From positions 78,195 to 142,194 of the forward strand of contig CBFIFY010000002.1 of the NCBI GenBank assembly GCA_965661985.1: a stretch of DNA of 64,000 nt, in the 5' to 3' direction. This DNA is from an uncultured Myxococcota bacterium (lineage in GTDB: Bacteria; Myxococcota_A; UBA796). A program made the translations under genes and the position numbers. The notes below the pieces were generated by a model. It was not told where the DNA came from and did no database searches. It saw nothing but the letters and a program-made list of their open reading frames with translations. This document shows positions 1 through 10,724 of the stretch, one piece after another (the stretch's first letter is position 1; each line of letters opens with the position of its first letter).

Positions 1-1
1 A

Positions 2-472
2 CGAGATTACATTTGCACCATTTTACAAGATGAAGGCATCTGCTTCAATCGCGATGCTGAAGAACTTCACCGATGGGAAATACCCGACGGCACCCCCAAT
101 GCGGTGGAAGTCTTGCCCAACGACAAAATCTTAATGGCTTTTGGAGATACCGTTGTCGCCTATACCTTTGATGGTTTTCGAGATCGCGTCATTATGGATT
201 CCAAAGTGTTGGGTGAAGGTTTCGAGTCTTTGGACATGACATTGGATGAAAACAACAAACTGTGGATCTTGACCGATCGTGGAATGGCCTACAAGTTTAA
301 ACGCCCTGGAAAAGTGGATTTTTCCATACACGCAATCGATCGGGCAATTCGCTACCCAAGAATTACTGTCATTGAAGACATTATGTACATCTCATCCGAT
401 GATCAAATCGAAATGGTAGACATCCGTCAACGCAAAATTGACTTAGAAGATGCCGCCAAAGAAAATCAATAA
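2..472 (+). CDS. hypothetical protein, C-terminal fragment (gene begins left of the window)
   Basis: The frame of the 104..472 ORF stays open back to nt 2 (RDYICTILQDEGICF...), so the CDS is truncated by the window edge. No recognisable family motif. Confidence 0.45.
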   Translation, partial: RDYICTILQDEGICFNRDAEELHRWEIPDGTPNAVEVLPNDKILMAFGDTVVAYTFDGFRDRVIMDSKVLGEGFESLDMTLDENNKLWILTDRGMAYKFKRPGKVDFSIHAIDRAIRYPRITVIEDIMYISSDDQIEMVDIRQRKIDLEDAAKENQ

Positions 473-487
473 CCGTTGGATAGAACT

Positions 488-1792
488 ATGATGATTGCCC
501 TTTCACTCTTGTGGGCTTGTTCGACAGACCCCGAAATACCAGAGGTCATCCCCGAAGCCGACCAACCAGCAAAAATCGTCAACGCCAAAGATGCGGTCAA
601 CCAACTTGATATTCGAACCGATGTCAAGCCCAAGCCATTGACCATCGACAACATTGACAATCTGACCCTCACATTGCCCAAACGAAGCAATCGAGACATT
701 TTCATCAGTCCCTTGAACCAAACCCAACAAGACATGGCCAAAGTGGTCAAAAATATGCTCGAACAATACGCCATACAAGGCGATGATCCATGGGCAATGA
801 GTCACGCTCTCATGGCGCTCGGAGCAACTGAAAAAACAATCAGTGGCAAACTGTTGATAGACGCCATCTTTGAATTCGCAGAAATTGACAACATCAATGG
901 AATTCCCTACCCTGCGTTTCCTCGAGACCATACGAGTCCACAAAAGACAATCCCTGTTGAACCACACAAGGACTTGATGATGAAAGTCCTGATTGAGACA
1001 GGTGTACAACCCGATCGAAAAATCACTGTCAAAGGAAGTGAGTTTACAGTTGGAGACTATTACAAAGCCTCCATCTTGCGGTCCTATCTCAATCCACAAA
1101 CAAACGATTCTTCTTACCTTTCTCCCAATGACATGCCTTGGTCGGTCCAAGCAATTACCGCACTGGTACAACCAAATCAAACATGGTCATCCGTGGGTGG
1201 TCTGACAGGTTCAGCAGATTTTTTGACGCAGTTTTTATTCGCCGTTCTGGGACAAGAAACCCTACCTCTCAAAAAAGCCATGGCTGCGGGAGCAACATTT
1301 AGAAAAGATCGTACTGGCATCTTTAAATACACCTGTGGTGGTGCCCACCTGTTACAAGCAGCTGGCTACGCAACTGCACGTGGATTCGGCAACGAAATGA
1401 CCCAGACAGAACTCAACACACAAATTGATCTTCTGTTCTTTCGATTTCCAAAAGAGCTCAAAATTTACGACGACATCATGAAATCACAGCCCGAACACAA
1501 AGTTCGACTGCTTGTTCAACGATTGAAATTTGTGGGACACTTTCTAGAAAATGCCCAAAAGTTTTCCATCTTGGGTCTATATAAACCCAATGATACACAG
1601 ATTCGTCTAATGCAAGGCGCCATGGATCAACTGGTATTGACAATTCGTGCGCTCCAACAAGAAGGTGCCTACCAAAGTTTGTACAACATCAAAGCCAACG
1701 ACCAGCAATTGTATAGAGACATCATCGGAGACTCGGCTCACGCCCTTTACGCCATGTACTTGTTCAGTGGCAATCGATACATCACCTACTGA
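488..1792 (+). CDS. hypothetical lipoprotein
   Basis: ATG at 488 gives MMIALSLLWAC-S, a short signal peptide ending in a lipobox Cys. TTG at 476 is an alternative start. No family recognised by eye. Confidence 0.6.
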   Translation: MMIALSLLWACSTDPEIPEVIPEADQPAKIVNAKDAVNQLDIRTDVKPKPLTIDNIDNLTLTLPKRSNRDIFISPLNQTQQDMAKVVKNMLEQYAIQGDDPWAMSHALMALGATEKTISGKLLIDAIFEFAEIDNINGIPYPAFPRDHTSPQKTIPVEPHKDLMMKVLIETGVQPDRKITVKGSEFTVGDYYKASILRSYLNPQTNDSSYLSPNDMPWSVQAITALVQPNQTWSSVGGLTGSADFLTQFLFAVLGQETLPLKKAMAAGATFRKDRTGIFKYTCGGAHLLQAAGYATARGFGNEMTQTELNTQIDLLFFRFPKELKIYDDIMKSQPEHKVRLLVQRLKFVGHFLENAQKFSILGLYKPNDTQIRLMQGAMDQLVLTIRALQQEGAYQSLYNIKANDQQLYRDIIGDSAHALYAMYLFSGNRYITY

Positions 1793-1843
1793 ATCCAATA
1801 CGTCGTACAGGTAAAGAGATGCAGATCGAGACAGACTTCTGGA

Positions 1844-2626
1844 TTATGGGCTCTTTGCCTCTTGCTCTCTGGCCATCAATTGAGCCACAGCAACAGAATT
1901 GACCAACTGTTGCATTGTCCACACTCGAACAAACGGTATTTGTGACCCAGATGCACCCATCACAATGGCTCGACGGTTGTGTTCGGCAACGTCTCTCGGT
2001 ACCACTTGTTCCAAAGCATCATAAATCAACGACAACCCCATCAATGCGAGTTCCCACTTGAGCCGAACATTTGGATACTCAGAATCATCCATTGCCATAT
2101 CGGCACAGGACTCCACCACTGCGTCCAATAAAGTCTGCTGAATCTCTTGATCATTTTTCACCACAACAGAAATGCCTTTGACACCATCTTCCAACACAAT
2201 TTCTGGCAAGGGAAAGAACACCCCAGTTTCAGGGTGTACAATATCCGTTGTTTGGTGAGCCAATGCAGGATTGTATACGCCTTCCCCCGTCAAGGTAAAG
2301 TGGGGTTGAGTTGGTGCAGGACAGAGAAGTTCAATAATTTCCCATTCTTCAAAGGGCGACACTTGCATTGTCTCAAAACAATGCGTCATCCACCATATGG
2401 TTTCTTCCGTTCGAGTCGCTTGAAGTCCATGACTGTTCATGTGGGCAAGCAAATCACTTTCAGAAACCAAGTCAATGCGTTCAGACTCCAAATCGGCAAC
2501 CCCTGTTTGTCCACGAATTAGGACCCCCGCTATCAAAATGGCGTCGTTCTCCAAGGGAAACCACAGTGCAAACGGGACGCCTCCATCGGGTTCAGGATAT
2601 CCAAGAAAAGTACGTAGAACACTCAT
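1844..2626 (-). CDS. hypothetical cytoplasmic protein, translationally coupled to maeB
   Basis: 260-aa ORF. Its ATG (2624-2626) overlaps the maeB stop (2623-2625) as ATGA. No signal peptide and no recognisable motif. Confidence 0.55.
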   Translation of the reverse strand: MSVLRTFLGYPEPDGGVPFALWFPLENDAILIAGVLIRGQTGVADLESERIDLVSESDLLAHMNSHGLQATRTEETIWWMTHCFETMQVSPFEEWEIIELLCPAPTQPHFTLTGEGVYNPALAHQTTDIVHPETGVFFPLPEIVLEDGVKGISVVVKNDQEIQQTLLDAVVESCADMAMDDSEYPNVRLKWELALMGLSLIYDALEQVVPRDVAEHNRRAIVMGASGSQIPFVRVWTMQQLVNSVAVAQLMAREQEAKSP

Positions 2627-4893
2627 CCACGAGCCCCCTGTTTGTTCTCAGCATCCAGTACCTGATTCACGGTGATAACCGCCATATTGAAGACTTCTGT
2701 CTCGGATGCGCCCATGGCAATAGCATTGACAGGCTGACTCACTCCAGTCAACACTGGACCAATGGTTGTCACTCCACCCACTTCAGAAAGCAACTTGTAA
2801 GAGATGTTGCCACTGACAAGATTGGGAAAGATCAGGACATTGGCGGTACCTGCGATGCTGGAAAATGGATATTCCTTGGCAAAATGCTCTGAAATTGCAG
2901 TATCTGCCTGCATTTCTCCGTCGATCTTTAAGTCTGGTTCTTGTGCCTTGACAATGGAAATGGCTTTGCGAATTCGGCGAACTTCCTCATTGTCACGATG
3001 GGTCCCAAAGTCAGAAAAGGACAGCATAGCCACCCTCGGCTCGTACCCAAAGGTTCGTGCAACGTTTGCAGTATTGATGGCAATCTGTGCCAAATCTTCT
3101 GCCGTTGGATTGATGTTGACAGTACAGTCGCCAAAGAAGAAGCGACGCCCCTTAGACACGATGACATAGGTTCCTGAAATGACCTTCACTTCAGAATCTA
3201 AGCCCAATACCTCAACCGCTGGACGAATGGTATCGGCATAGGGAATCGCAATTCCCCCCAGCAGACCATCTGCACGACCAAGTTTAACCATCATGGAACC
3301 AACCACGGTCTCATCCAACATCGCGCGTCGAGCCCCCTCTTGAGTCATCCCCTTGCGTTGTCGAAGTTTCCAATAGGCGTCCACCAGTTCTGCATCTTCG
3401 GAACACTCTACGGGATCAACGACTTCAACACCTTCCAATCCCAGATTCATGCTGATGCGCTTGGCTTCGATTCTATCTGGATTTCCAATGATGATGGGAT
3501 TGCACACCCGCTCTTCAATGATGCGTTCAACTGCGCGAAGTACTTTATCGTTTTCACCATCTGGAAAAACAATGCGACGCTTGTTTCTACGTGCGCGTTC
3601 CACCAAAGGCTGAATGACAATCTTGGCCTTTTCCATGAGTTGAGCCAATCCACTTTGATAAGCCGCAAAGTCTTGGATGGGTTTTTGCGCCACACCGCTC
3701 TCCATCGCTGCTTTGGCAACAGCCGGAGCAACCCACATCAATACACGTGGATCAAAGGGCTTGGGAATCAAATAATCCGGTCCAAAGTTCAAACCGTGAT
3801 CGTCATAGGCCAAGCGAACCTCTTCTGGTACATCTTCCTTTGCCAGCTTTGCAAGCGCATAGACTGCAGCCATCTTCATTTCGGTGGTGACTTTTGTGGC
3901 ACGACAGTCCAGTGCCCCTCTAAATACAAATGGAAACCCCAAAACATTGTTGACCTGATTGGGAAAGTCTGAACGACCGGTCGCAATGATCGCGTCAGGA
4001 ACGGCTTTTCTTGCATCTTCATAGGATATTTCAGGTACTGGATTGGCCAAGGCAAAGATGATTGGTTTATCCGCCATACTTTTGACCATATCTGGCTTCA
4101 AGAGGTTACCAACGCTGAGACCAATGAATACATCTGCTCCAACGAGAGCCTCTTTGAGAGTATGAGAATTGCTGGGTTGTGCGAACACTTCCTTCTCTGG
4201 GAACATGTCTTCTTCGCGCCCTGTGTAAATTAATCCATGAATGTCAAACATGTAAATATTGGACACTTGCACACCCAAAGACACCAACATATTTGCGGTG
4301 GCGACGGCGGCGGCCCCTGCACCAGTAAAGACAACTTTGATGTTTTCCAAAGAACGCTCCGTCACTTCACAGGCGTTCAAGAGTGCCGCTGAACCAATGA
4401 TTGCTGTTCCGTGTTGGTCGTCATGAAACACAGGGATTTTTAAGTCCTGCAAGGAGCGCTCAATGTAGAAACATTCGGGTGCTTTGATGTCTTCTAAATT
4501 GATTCCCCCAAATGTAGGGGCAATGGCCCGCACAGCCTTAATGACTTCATCCGGATCTTTCACATCAAGTTCAATGTCAAATACATCGATGTCCGCAAAA
4601 CGCTTAAATAGATTCGCTTTGCCTTCCATCACGGGCTTACCAGCGAGTGCTCCAATGTCCCCAAGCCCCAACACAGCCGTTCCATTGGAAACCACAGCGA
4701 CCAGATTCCCTTTTGAGGTGTATTCATAAGCCGATTCAGGATGCTTGGCAATTTCTCGACATGGCTCTGCAACACCCGGAGAATAGGCAAGAGACAAGTC
4801 GTGTTGTGAGGTCAAAGATTTGGTTGGTACAACTTCAATTTTGCCAGGTCTGCCTGAACGATGATATTCTAAGGCTTGATCTTTTAGGGACAT
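2623..4893 (-). CDS. maeB: NADP-dependent malic enzyme (malic-enzyme domain fused to phosphate-acetyltransferase-like domain)
   Basis: 756 aa. The N-terminal half has malic-enzyme signatures ([32 protein letters not shown] Rossmann loop). The C-terminal ~330 aa is PTA-like ([32 protein letters not shown]). This is the classic MaeB architecture. Confidence 0.95.
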   Translation of the reverse strand: MSLKDQALEYHRSGRPGKIEVVPTKSLTSQHDLSLAYSPGVAEPCREIAKHPESAYEYTSKGNLVAVVSNGTAVLGLGDIGALAGKPVMEGKANLFKRFADIDVFDIELDVKDPDEVIKAVRAIAPTFGGINLEDIKAPECFYIERSLQDLKIPVFHDDQHGTAIIGSAALLNACEVTERSLENIKVVFTGAGAAAVATANMLVSLGVQVSNIYMFDIHGLIYTGREEDMFPEKEVFAQPSNSHTLKEALVGADVFIGLSVGNLLKPDMVKSMADKPIIFALANPVPEISYEDARKAVPDAIIATGRSDFPNQVNNVLGFPFVFRGALDCRATKVTTEMKMAAVYALAKLAKEDVPEEVRLAYDDHGLNFGPDYLIPKPFDPRVLMWVAPAVAKAAMESGVAQKPIQDFAAYQSGLAQLMEKAKIVIQPLVERARRNKRRIVFPDGENDKVLRAVERIIEERVCNPIIIGNPDRIEAKRISMNLGLEGVEVVDPVECSEDAELVDAYWKLRQRKGMTQEGARRAMLDETVVGSMMVKLGRADGLLGGIAIPYADTIRPAVEVLGLDSEVKVISGTYVIVSKGRRFFFGDCTVNINPTAEDLAQIAINTANVARTFGYEPRVAMLSFSDFGTHRDNEEVRRIRKAISIVKAQEPDLKIDGEMQADTAISEHFAKEYPFSSIAGTANVLIFPNLVSGNISYKLLSEVGGVTTIGPVLTGVSQPVNAIAMGASETEVFNMAVITVNQVLDAENKQGARG

Positions 4894-4987
4894 TACGGCT
4901 CCAATACAAATGTGATACTACTGTAAATGCTTGTCTAATAACCCATTTAGTACTTTTGCAGAAGGTCATTCTTTCAGGAGAACCAAA

Positions 4988-6718
4988 TTGCTGAATCCAA
5001 TGGCACTCATCGCTCTTCTGTCCCTCCCTTTGATTTATTGGCTACACAAGTTTCACAAGAAACCACCGGTCAAGTTGGTGTCTTCGTTGTATCTTTGGCC
5101 ACAATACACTCAGCGACCCAAAAGTGGCACCAAGAAAACTCGATTCGTCCAATCCGTCTCTTTTTGGCTAGAACTTTTCATGGCTTTGCTGGTATGCGCG
5201 CTGCTCATTCAACCGAGTGGATGTGACAAATCCGGTGTCCATCATACACTGGTGGTGGATACATCCGTTTCGATGAACGCCACAAATCTAGAGCAAGCCC
5301 TACTGAATCGAATATCTGAAGCCTCTGCAGAAGATCGCTTTACCATCATTGGGGCCGGTTACGGTGCCCGTTTGCTTGGAGAGTATCAGGACAAACAAAC
5401 AGCACAAAACACCGTCCAGTCCTTAGCCTTTGTTGATTCAACCGCAGGCCTACAAACAGCCATCTCTTTGGCAGAAACAGTATCCATTGGCAAAGTTGAA
5501 GTATGGACAGATCAACCGACCAAATCACAAAAGCAACTGGAATGGCACACGTTGGCACAGAAAGCGGACAATATTGGAATCACTCAAGCACAATGGAATC
5601 AGAACATGCTGGAACTCGGCATTACAAATGCCAGTACGCAATCTCATCAAATAAACATCACAGTCTATAAACTCGATGATGGGCAAAGCAAAACACCGAT
5701 GGACATCCAAAATCCCACAAGTACTCTGGAGCCAAATTCAGACGCTGTGTTAACCCTGCCCATGAATGAACGAGCTGAGCATCTCATTGTGTCCATACAA
5801 AGCACGACCATCGATCTATTGACAGAAGACAACACTGTTCATCTACACACCGTTGCCAATCAGTCACTGTCCGTGGCGCGCACCATGGACAACAAAATGG
5901 CATCCGCTCTGGGACTTTATAGTTCAAGAGCGGATGCTCCCGTATTTACCCTTCTGCCCAACCCTGTCGAAGAAACACCTATGAAAGCGGATCTATTGTT
6001 TACCAGTCGTGATCTGGGTGGAGGTCCATCTACTTGGAGAGTGCACTTTGCCCCTGTCAAAACCCCCAAATGGACACAGCACATATTTGCCCACAGTGCC
6101 CACCCACTGCTGGAAGGCGTTGACACGAGCAACAGTTTATGGGAATACGATGCAGATCGAAGACTGAGGGGACAAATATTAATGGATGCCGATGGGGTAC
6201 CGTTGCTCACAGAAGAGAGAGACCCTACAGGACACAAAAGAATTTTGCATTTCAACATTGGTCCCAACAGTGGATTTTTGCGAAGCCCCAGTTGGCCCAT
6301 TCTATTGTCCAATATAATTCAAGCTAGACTCGACCAATTAGATGGGTTCAACGTAGAACAAGCCCACCTTGGGGAGATCATTCGGGGAACAGGTTTGGAA
6401 AACGGTACTTGGACCGTACGACATTTTGATGGTGTAAAGTCCAGCAAAGATGCAGTCAATGTTCAAAACGGTACACTTGCCATCACTGCTGAGGACATAG
6501 GTGTCTATCAATTCATCAATCCCATCGGTTCTTTGGTCCACAGTACAACAGTGAACTTATTGACCAAAAGTGAAACACTCCTTGTAGAACAAGAATACAG
6601 TGTACAACAAAGTCCACTGACTCCTGAAAAGATTGAGCGCCCTGCCTCGCACTGGCAGGTCTGGATTTGGCTTCTCTTAATTGGTTTGACCGCTTGGAAT
6701 TGGAAGGCAACATCATGA
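4988..6718 (+). CDS. BatA-N-terminal-domain / von Willebrand factor A membrane protein
   Basis: N-terminus LNPMALIALLSLPLIYWLHKF matches the aerotolerance-regulator (BatA) N-terminal TM motif. vWA MIDAS start is HTLVVDTSVSMNA; C-terminal TM is WQVWIWLLLIGLTAW. Start uncertain: TTG 4988 (GGAG a few nt upstream), ATG 4931 or ATG 5000. Confidence 0.7.
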   Translation: MLNPMALIALLSLPLIYWLHKFHKKPPVKLVSSLYLWPQYTQRPKSGTKKTRFVQSVSFWLELFMALLVCALLIQPSGCDKSGVHHTLVVDTSVSMNATNLEQALLNRISEASAEDRFTIIGAGYGARLLGEYQDKQTAQNTVQSLAFVDSTAGLQTAISLAETVSIGKVEVWTDQPTKSQKQLEWHTLAQKADNIGITQAQWNQNMLELGITNASTQSHQINITVYKLDDGQSKTPMDIQNPTSTLEPNSDAVLTLPMNERAEHLIVSIQSTTIDLLTEDNTVHLHTVANQSLSVARTMDNKMASALGLYSSRADAPVFTLLPNPVEETPMKADLLFTSRDLGGGPSTWRVHFAPVKTPKWTQHIFAHSAHPLLEGVDTSNSLWEYDADRRLRGQILMDADGVPLLTEERDPTGHKRILHFNIGPNSGFLRSPSWPILLSNIIQARLDQLDGFNVEQAHLGEIIRGTGLENGTWTVRHFDGVKSSKDAVNVQNGTLAITAEDIGVYQFINPIGSLVHSTTVNLLTKSETLLVEQEYSVQQSPLTPEKIERPASHWQVWIWLLLIGLTAWNWKATS

Positions 6719-9462
6719 TTTTCCAGTACCCTTGGCTGTTCTTGTTCGTCGCCCCATTGATGTGGACTCTGTGGGTCTACACACCACACTCTACAATCGT
6801 AAAATTGCTTCGTCTTGCGATCACCTGTGTGCTGACGTTGGGATTGGTCAACCCCAGTTGTACAGTGCCCACTACACAACAAAATATTATCGTGGTGGTC
6901 GATCGTTCGGACTCAATGCCTAGAAATGTCGATGACATGGCCACTGAAACCATCCAAGAACTCGAAAAGTCATTGGGACAAGGAGACAACCTAGCCGTTT
7001 TGAGTGTGGCCCAGACGGTCATCCTCGATAAAGCATTGAATCAAACACCGTTTCAAGGTTTCAACACACTAGAGCAAAGAAGCCAGTCCAATCTTGAATC
7101 TGGTCTCCAAAAAGCGTTGCAACTGTTGGACAACAAACCACATGGGAAGATTGTCTTGCTTTCAGATGGTGCAAACACAGACGGTTCACTCGACAGTGCC
7201 AGCACACAAGCACTGATTCAAACAGTGCCCATCTTCCCCTATTGGAAAACGAAACGCAGCAAATCCGACATCCGCATTTCAAATGTCTCCGCACCGCCAT
7301 TGATCAATGAAGGTGAACAAGCCAGCATTACCACTTTTGTAGACTCTCCGAGCCAACAAGAAGCACTGGTGACCTTGTACAAAGACAACACAGCCATCGC
7401 ACAAGGGCAAAAGTTGCTTGAAAAAGGCAGAAACACAATTCACTTCACCGACATCCCGACCAGTGGTGGCGTACACACCTACAAGATCGATGTTGCGGTG
7501 GAAGGTGACAGCACACCTCAAAACAACCAGGCAGAAATCGGCGTTTTGACAAAAGGTCGGAAGAAAGTGTTGTTGCTGAGCCTTACGGATTCTGTACTGA
7601 AACCGATATTACAAAGCGCTGGCTTACTGGTTCACAGTACACATCCAGGCAATGTGGATTTGTCTCCGGCTACGTTGTCCCAGTTTCAAACTGTAATTTT
7701 GCACAATGTCCCAGCCACACAGTTTCAAGAAGTCGAGTTGGAGAATCTCGCCAATGCTGTTGAACATACTGGACTTGGGCTCTGGATGGTTGGTGGCGCC
7801 CAGTCTTTTGGTGTTGGTGGATACCTTCACAGTTCCCTAGAATCGGTCATTCCTGTTGAGTTGGAAATTCGAAGTGAACGTCGAAAAATGGGGATGGCAC
7901 TTGCCATTGCCCTAGATAGGTCTGGTTCTATGGGTGTCTCTGTTGGACCCAACCTCACCAAAATGGATCTGGCCAATCAAGGAACCGTAGCGGCGCTGAG
8001 CCTATTAACACCGATGGACTCAATTTATGTGGCAGCTGTGGATACAGAAAACCACACCGTTGTGCCGATGCAAACCGTCGAATCACCCAGAGAACTCACC
8101 TCAAATGTCATGAAAATTAAGTCTGATGGGGGGGGTATTTACGTATCCACTGCCTTGGAATCAATGCTCAACCAACTCAAGGATGCACCTCAAAAGAATC
8201 GACATGGCGTATTGTTTGCAGATGCTGCTGATGCAGTGGACAACAACAACACCCTCAGTACTGTCGACGAACTCAGAAAGAACAACATCACCCTTTCTGT
8301 AATTGCACTGGGCAACCCCGCCGATTCAGACGCTGGATTTTTGGCTCAGGTCGCGCGTGACGGTGGCGGGTCCTTGTATTTTGCCCAACACCCAAAAGAA
8401 TTGCCCAAACTGTTTGCGATGGACACCATGTTGGCGTCAAAATCTGGGTATGTCGAGGAAGTTGTCTCAACAAAGTCCATCTTAGGTCTAACCCCATTGG
8501 GTGGAACTGGGTTGAATGATTTTCCAGAGATTGAAGCCTACAACATTGGTTATCCCAAGAAAAACAGCCAATTGGGCATGCAAACTGGAGACACTGAACC
8601 TACCCCTCTGTTGACATATGGTCGATATGGATTGGGTCAAAGTGTTGCATACTTGGGCGACATCGGTGGTCCAAATGGACAACATATTTTAAAGTGGACA
8701 GAATTGAGTCAATTTGTGAACACAATCGTGTCAGGAATTTCTCAAACAGAAGCAGACGGTGTTTCCTATGCCGGCATCAGTGGCACAGGAGACAAGAAGA
8801 CCATCACCATAGAAACGAACACTCCACCACCTCCCATTAGAATATTGGCCGATGATGGCAGTGTTGAGTTTGTCGACCTCGTTCAAACCAACGAAAACAT
8901 TTACCAAGCGAACTATACCCCAAAAGGAACTGGGGTGTTCATTGCACAACTTGAGTCCAGTAGAGGAACGACGACCCTACCCCCGATTTCACAAGTCACA
9001 ACCATGGAATACGGAAACTCTGACTCACACAACAACAAAGAAACCATGATGGAACTGGCTAGTCGAACCGGTGGAATCTTCAACCCAAGCATTGCAAACA
9101 TTGTTGAACGCCATGAATTCCACAGCCAACGACGCTCATTGGAATTGCTTTGGCAATGGTTGACACTGGGTTTACTACTGTGTGAGATTTCAGAGCGAAA
9201 GTTGCGCTGGATTCAAAAGTTTGCACAGAAGTTCCAGCGAAATAACCCGCGTCAACAGAAGGTTCCACCGTTTGCCACGCCACCCAAAAGTGCTGTGGCA
9301 CCCACAGAACGCAACACTGAGTCCGCTCACCAAACAATTGAGACACCATCTGACAATACAGAACCTGAGGTATCCTCAGAGACCAGCACACAAAACGCAA
9401 AAAAGACAAGCGCACTCCAAGAAGCCCTGAAGCGCGCCAAAAATCAACGCAACAAGGATTGA
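6715..9462 (+). CDS. large membrane-anchored protein with two vWA domains (Bat-like)
   Basis: ATG 6715 overlaps the upstream stop (ATGA). N-terminal TM MIFQYPWLFLFVAPLMW; two MIDAS motifs (IIVVVDRSDSM and LAIALDRSGSMG); late TM LELLWQWLTLGLLLC followed by a low-complexity Pro/Thr/Lys tail. Confidence 0.75.
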   Translation: MIFQYPWLFLFVAPLMWTLWVYTPHSTIVKLLRLAITCVLTLGLVNPSCTVPTTQQNIIVVVDRSDSMPRNVDDMATETIQELEKSLGQGDNLAVLSVAQTVILDKALNQTPFQGFNTLEQRSQSNLESGLQKALQLLDNKPHGKIVLLSDGANTDGSLDSASTQALIQTVPIFPYWKTKRSKSDIRISNVSAPPLINEGEQASITTFVDSPSQQEALVTLYKDNTAIAQGQKLLEKGRNTIHFTDIPTSGGVHTYKIDVAVEGDSTPQNNQAEIGVLTKGRKKVLLLSLTDSVLKPILQSAGLLVHSTHPGNVDLSPATLSQFQTVILHNVPATQFQEVELENLANAVEHTGLGLWMVGGAQSFGVGGYLHSSLESVIPVELEIRSERRKMGMALAIALDRSGSMGVSVGPNLTKMDLANQGTVAALSLLTPMDSIYVAAVDTENHTVVPMQTVESPRELTSNVMKIKSDGGGIYVSTALESMLNQLKDAPQKNRHGVLFADAADAVDNNNTLSTVDELRKNNITLSVIALGNPADSDAGFLAQVARDGGGSLYFAQHPKELPKLFAMDTMLASKSGYVEEVVSTKSILGLTPLGGTGLNDFPEIEAYNIGYPKKNSQLGMQTGDTEPTPLLTYGRYGLGQSVAYLGDIGGPNGQHILKWTELSQFVNTIVSGISQTEADGVSYAGISGTGDKKTITIETNTPPPPIRILADDGSVEFVDLVQTNENIYQANYTPKGTGVFIAQLESSRGTTTLPPISQVTTMEYGNSDSHNNKETMMELASRTGGIFNPSIANIVERHEFHSQRRSLELLWQWLTLGLLLCEISERKLRWIQKFAQKFQRNNPRQQKVPPFATPPKSAVAPTERNTESAHQTIETPSDNTEPEVSSETSTQNAKKTSALQEALKRAKNQRNKD

Positions 9463-9466
9463 AGGC

Positions 9467-10540
9467 TTAAAGGGTATCCAATCGACGTTGCCACCCACCA
9501 CCACCAAAGCCAGAATAGACTTCTGGGGTGTTTTCAAGTACACCAGCAATGGTTGCCATGTGGTCGCTGGTCATTCTCTTGGCGACATCCAATGCACCCA
9601 AGTTTTCTTCAAGTTGACTCGGTTTGGTTGCACCGAGCAGAATCGTAGTGACATTCGGATTTTTCAAACACCAGGCCAACGCCAACTGAGTCATTGAACA
9701 GTTCAATTCCGATTGCGCAAATTGAGTCAGTTCTCGAACTTTATCCAAGGTTCCGTTCTCTTTACAAGCCTCAAGTTCCTTTCGTAGAAACTCGTAACCA
9801 GGCTGGGTCAAACGTGAATCTTCAGGAATACCATCGTTGTACTTCCCAGTCAAAATACCGGATTTCAGGGGTGACCAAATGGTTGTGCCCATTCTATAAG
9901 GTGCTTGATACATCGGATGATATTCCTGTTCAAAGCGTTGACGGTGGAACATGTGGTATTGCGGTTGCTCAAACTGTGGAGGCTCCAGTCCAAATTGGCG
10001 CGCAATCCAAAAGGCCTCGGTAATTTGCTGGGCTGACCATTCACTGGTCCCCCAAGCCGTTGCCAAACCAGAGCGTACCACATCGGTCATCGCGCGAACA
10101 ACTGTTTCTGTTGGGGTAAATGGATCGGGTCTATGGCAAAAAACCATATCCACATACTCCAGTTGCAATCGATTCAAAGAGGCTTCCATTCCTTCCCAGA
10201 TATGCTTTCGAGACAACCCCTTTTCGTTGACCCCATCGCCACCCCAGAAAATCTTGGTGGTGACAATAATTTCGGAACGACGCCATTCTTTTGGATGCTC
10301 TTCCATTAACTGAGCCATTGCCTCACCCATGATCCGCTCAGCCTCTCCTCTAGGATCGCCATAAACCTCGGCATTGTCAAACAAGTTGACGCCAGCCAAA
10401 CGCGCTTGGTGCAACAGTTGCTTTGCGGCTTGAATCCCTTCATCGTTGGACAAACGATCTTTCACGCCAAAGGTCGCCCAAAATCCATAGGACAGCACAG
10501 ATACCTGCAGTCCAGTATTTCCCATCATTCGATACAACAT
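9467..10540 (-). CDS. aldo/keto reductase, Kv-beta/Tas-like
   Basis: 357 aa from ATG 10540 (GGAGAAAACA upstream). MLYRMMGNTGLQVSVLSYGFWATFG, NLFDNAEVYG, CHRPD and LLGATKPSQLEENL are typical AKR/Kv-beta motifs. The 537-aa ORF in the track is an artefactual 5' extension. Confidence 0.9.
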   Translation of the reverse strand: MLYRMMGNTGLQVSVLSYGFWATFGVKDRLSNDEGIQAAKQLLHQARLAGVNLFDNAEVYGDPRGEAERIMGEAMAQLMEEHPKEWRRSEIIVTTKIFWGGDGVNEKGLSRKHIWEGMEASLNRLQLEYVDMVFCHRPDPFTPTETVVRAMTDVVRSGLATAWGTSEWSAQQITEAFWIARQFGLEPPQFEQPQYHMFHRQRFEQEYHPMYQAPYRMGTTIWSPLKSGILTGKYNDGIPEDSRLTQPGYEFLRKELEACKENGTLDKVRELTQFAQSELNCSMTQLALAWCLKNPNVTTILLGATKPSQLEENLGALDVAKRMTSDHMATIAGVLENTPEVYSGFGGGGWQRRLDTL

Positions 10541-10724
10541 TGTTTTCTCCAAATTATGTGTTCTTGTTGTGCTTAACCCAAGATCAACAAGTTTCAAACC
10601 GTACAGTGTGCGTTGATTTCTGTGTAGAGATGACGCACACTTTATTGACACAAAATCGGCACTTGTAACATGGAATGTCATACAGTAAATTTGAAAAGTA
10701 CCCAATCGTTTGTGGAGTGTAATT

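Noticed and set aside
3340-3972. Long antisense or alternative-frame ORFs inside well-supported genes: this one in maeB, plus 503..1180, 21388..22026, 26071..26547, 38683..39477, 39005..39559, 45576..46301, 55880..56434 and 63077..63592.
   Set aside because: Each is fully contained in a longer ORF with strong family motifs on the other strand or frame. None has a recognisable motif or RBS.
8128-8135. Homopolymer tracts inside CDS: G8 here in the vWA gene, and T8 at 24129..24136 in the dehydrogenase gene. These could be slipped-strand phase-variation switches.
   Set aside because: Both are in frame as sequenced. G8 simply encodes a DGGG motif. Eight nt is borderline for phase variation, and there is no strain comparison to show length polymorphism.
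10606-10640. An 8-bp inverted repeat (gtgtgcgt...acgcacac, 19-nt spacer) in the AKR/lipoprotein divergent region, considered as a possible operator.
   Set aside because: It is short, has a long spacer, and no regulator gene is adjacent. It cannot be distinguished from chance without comparative data.
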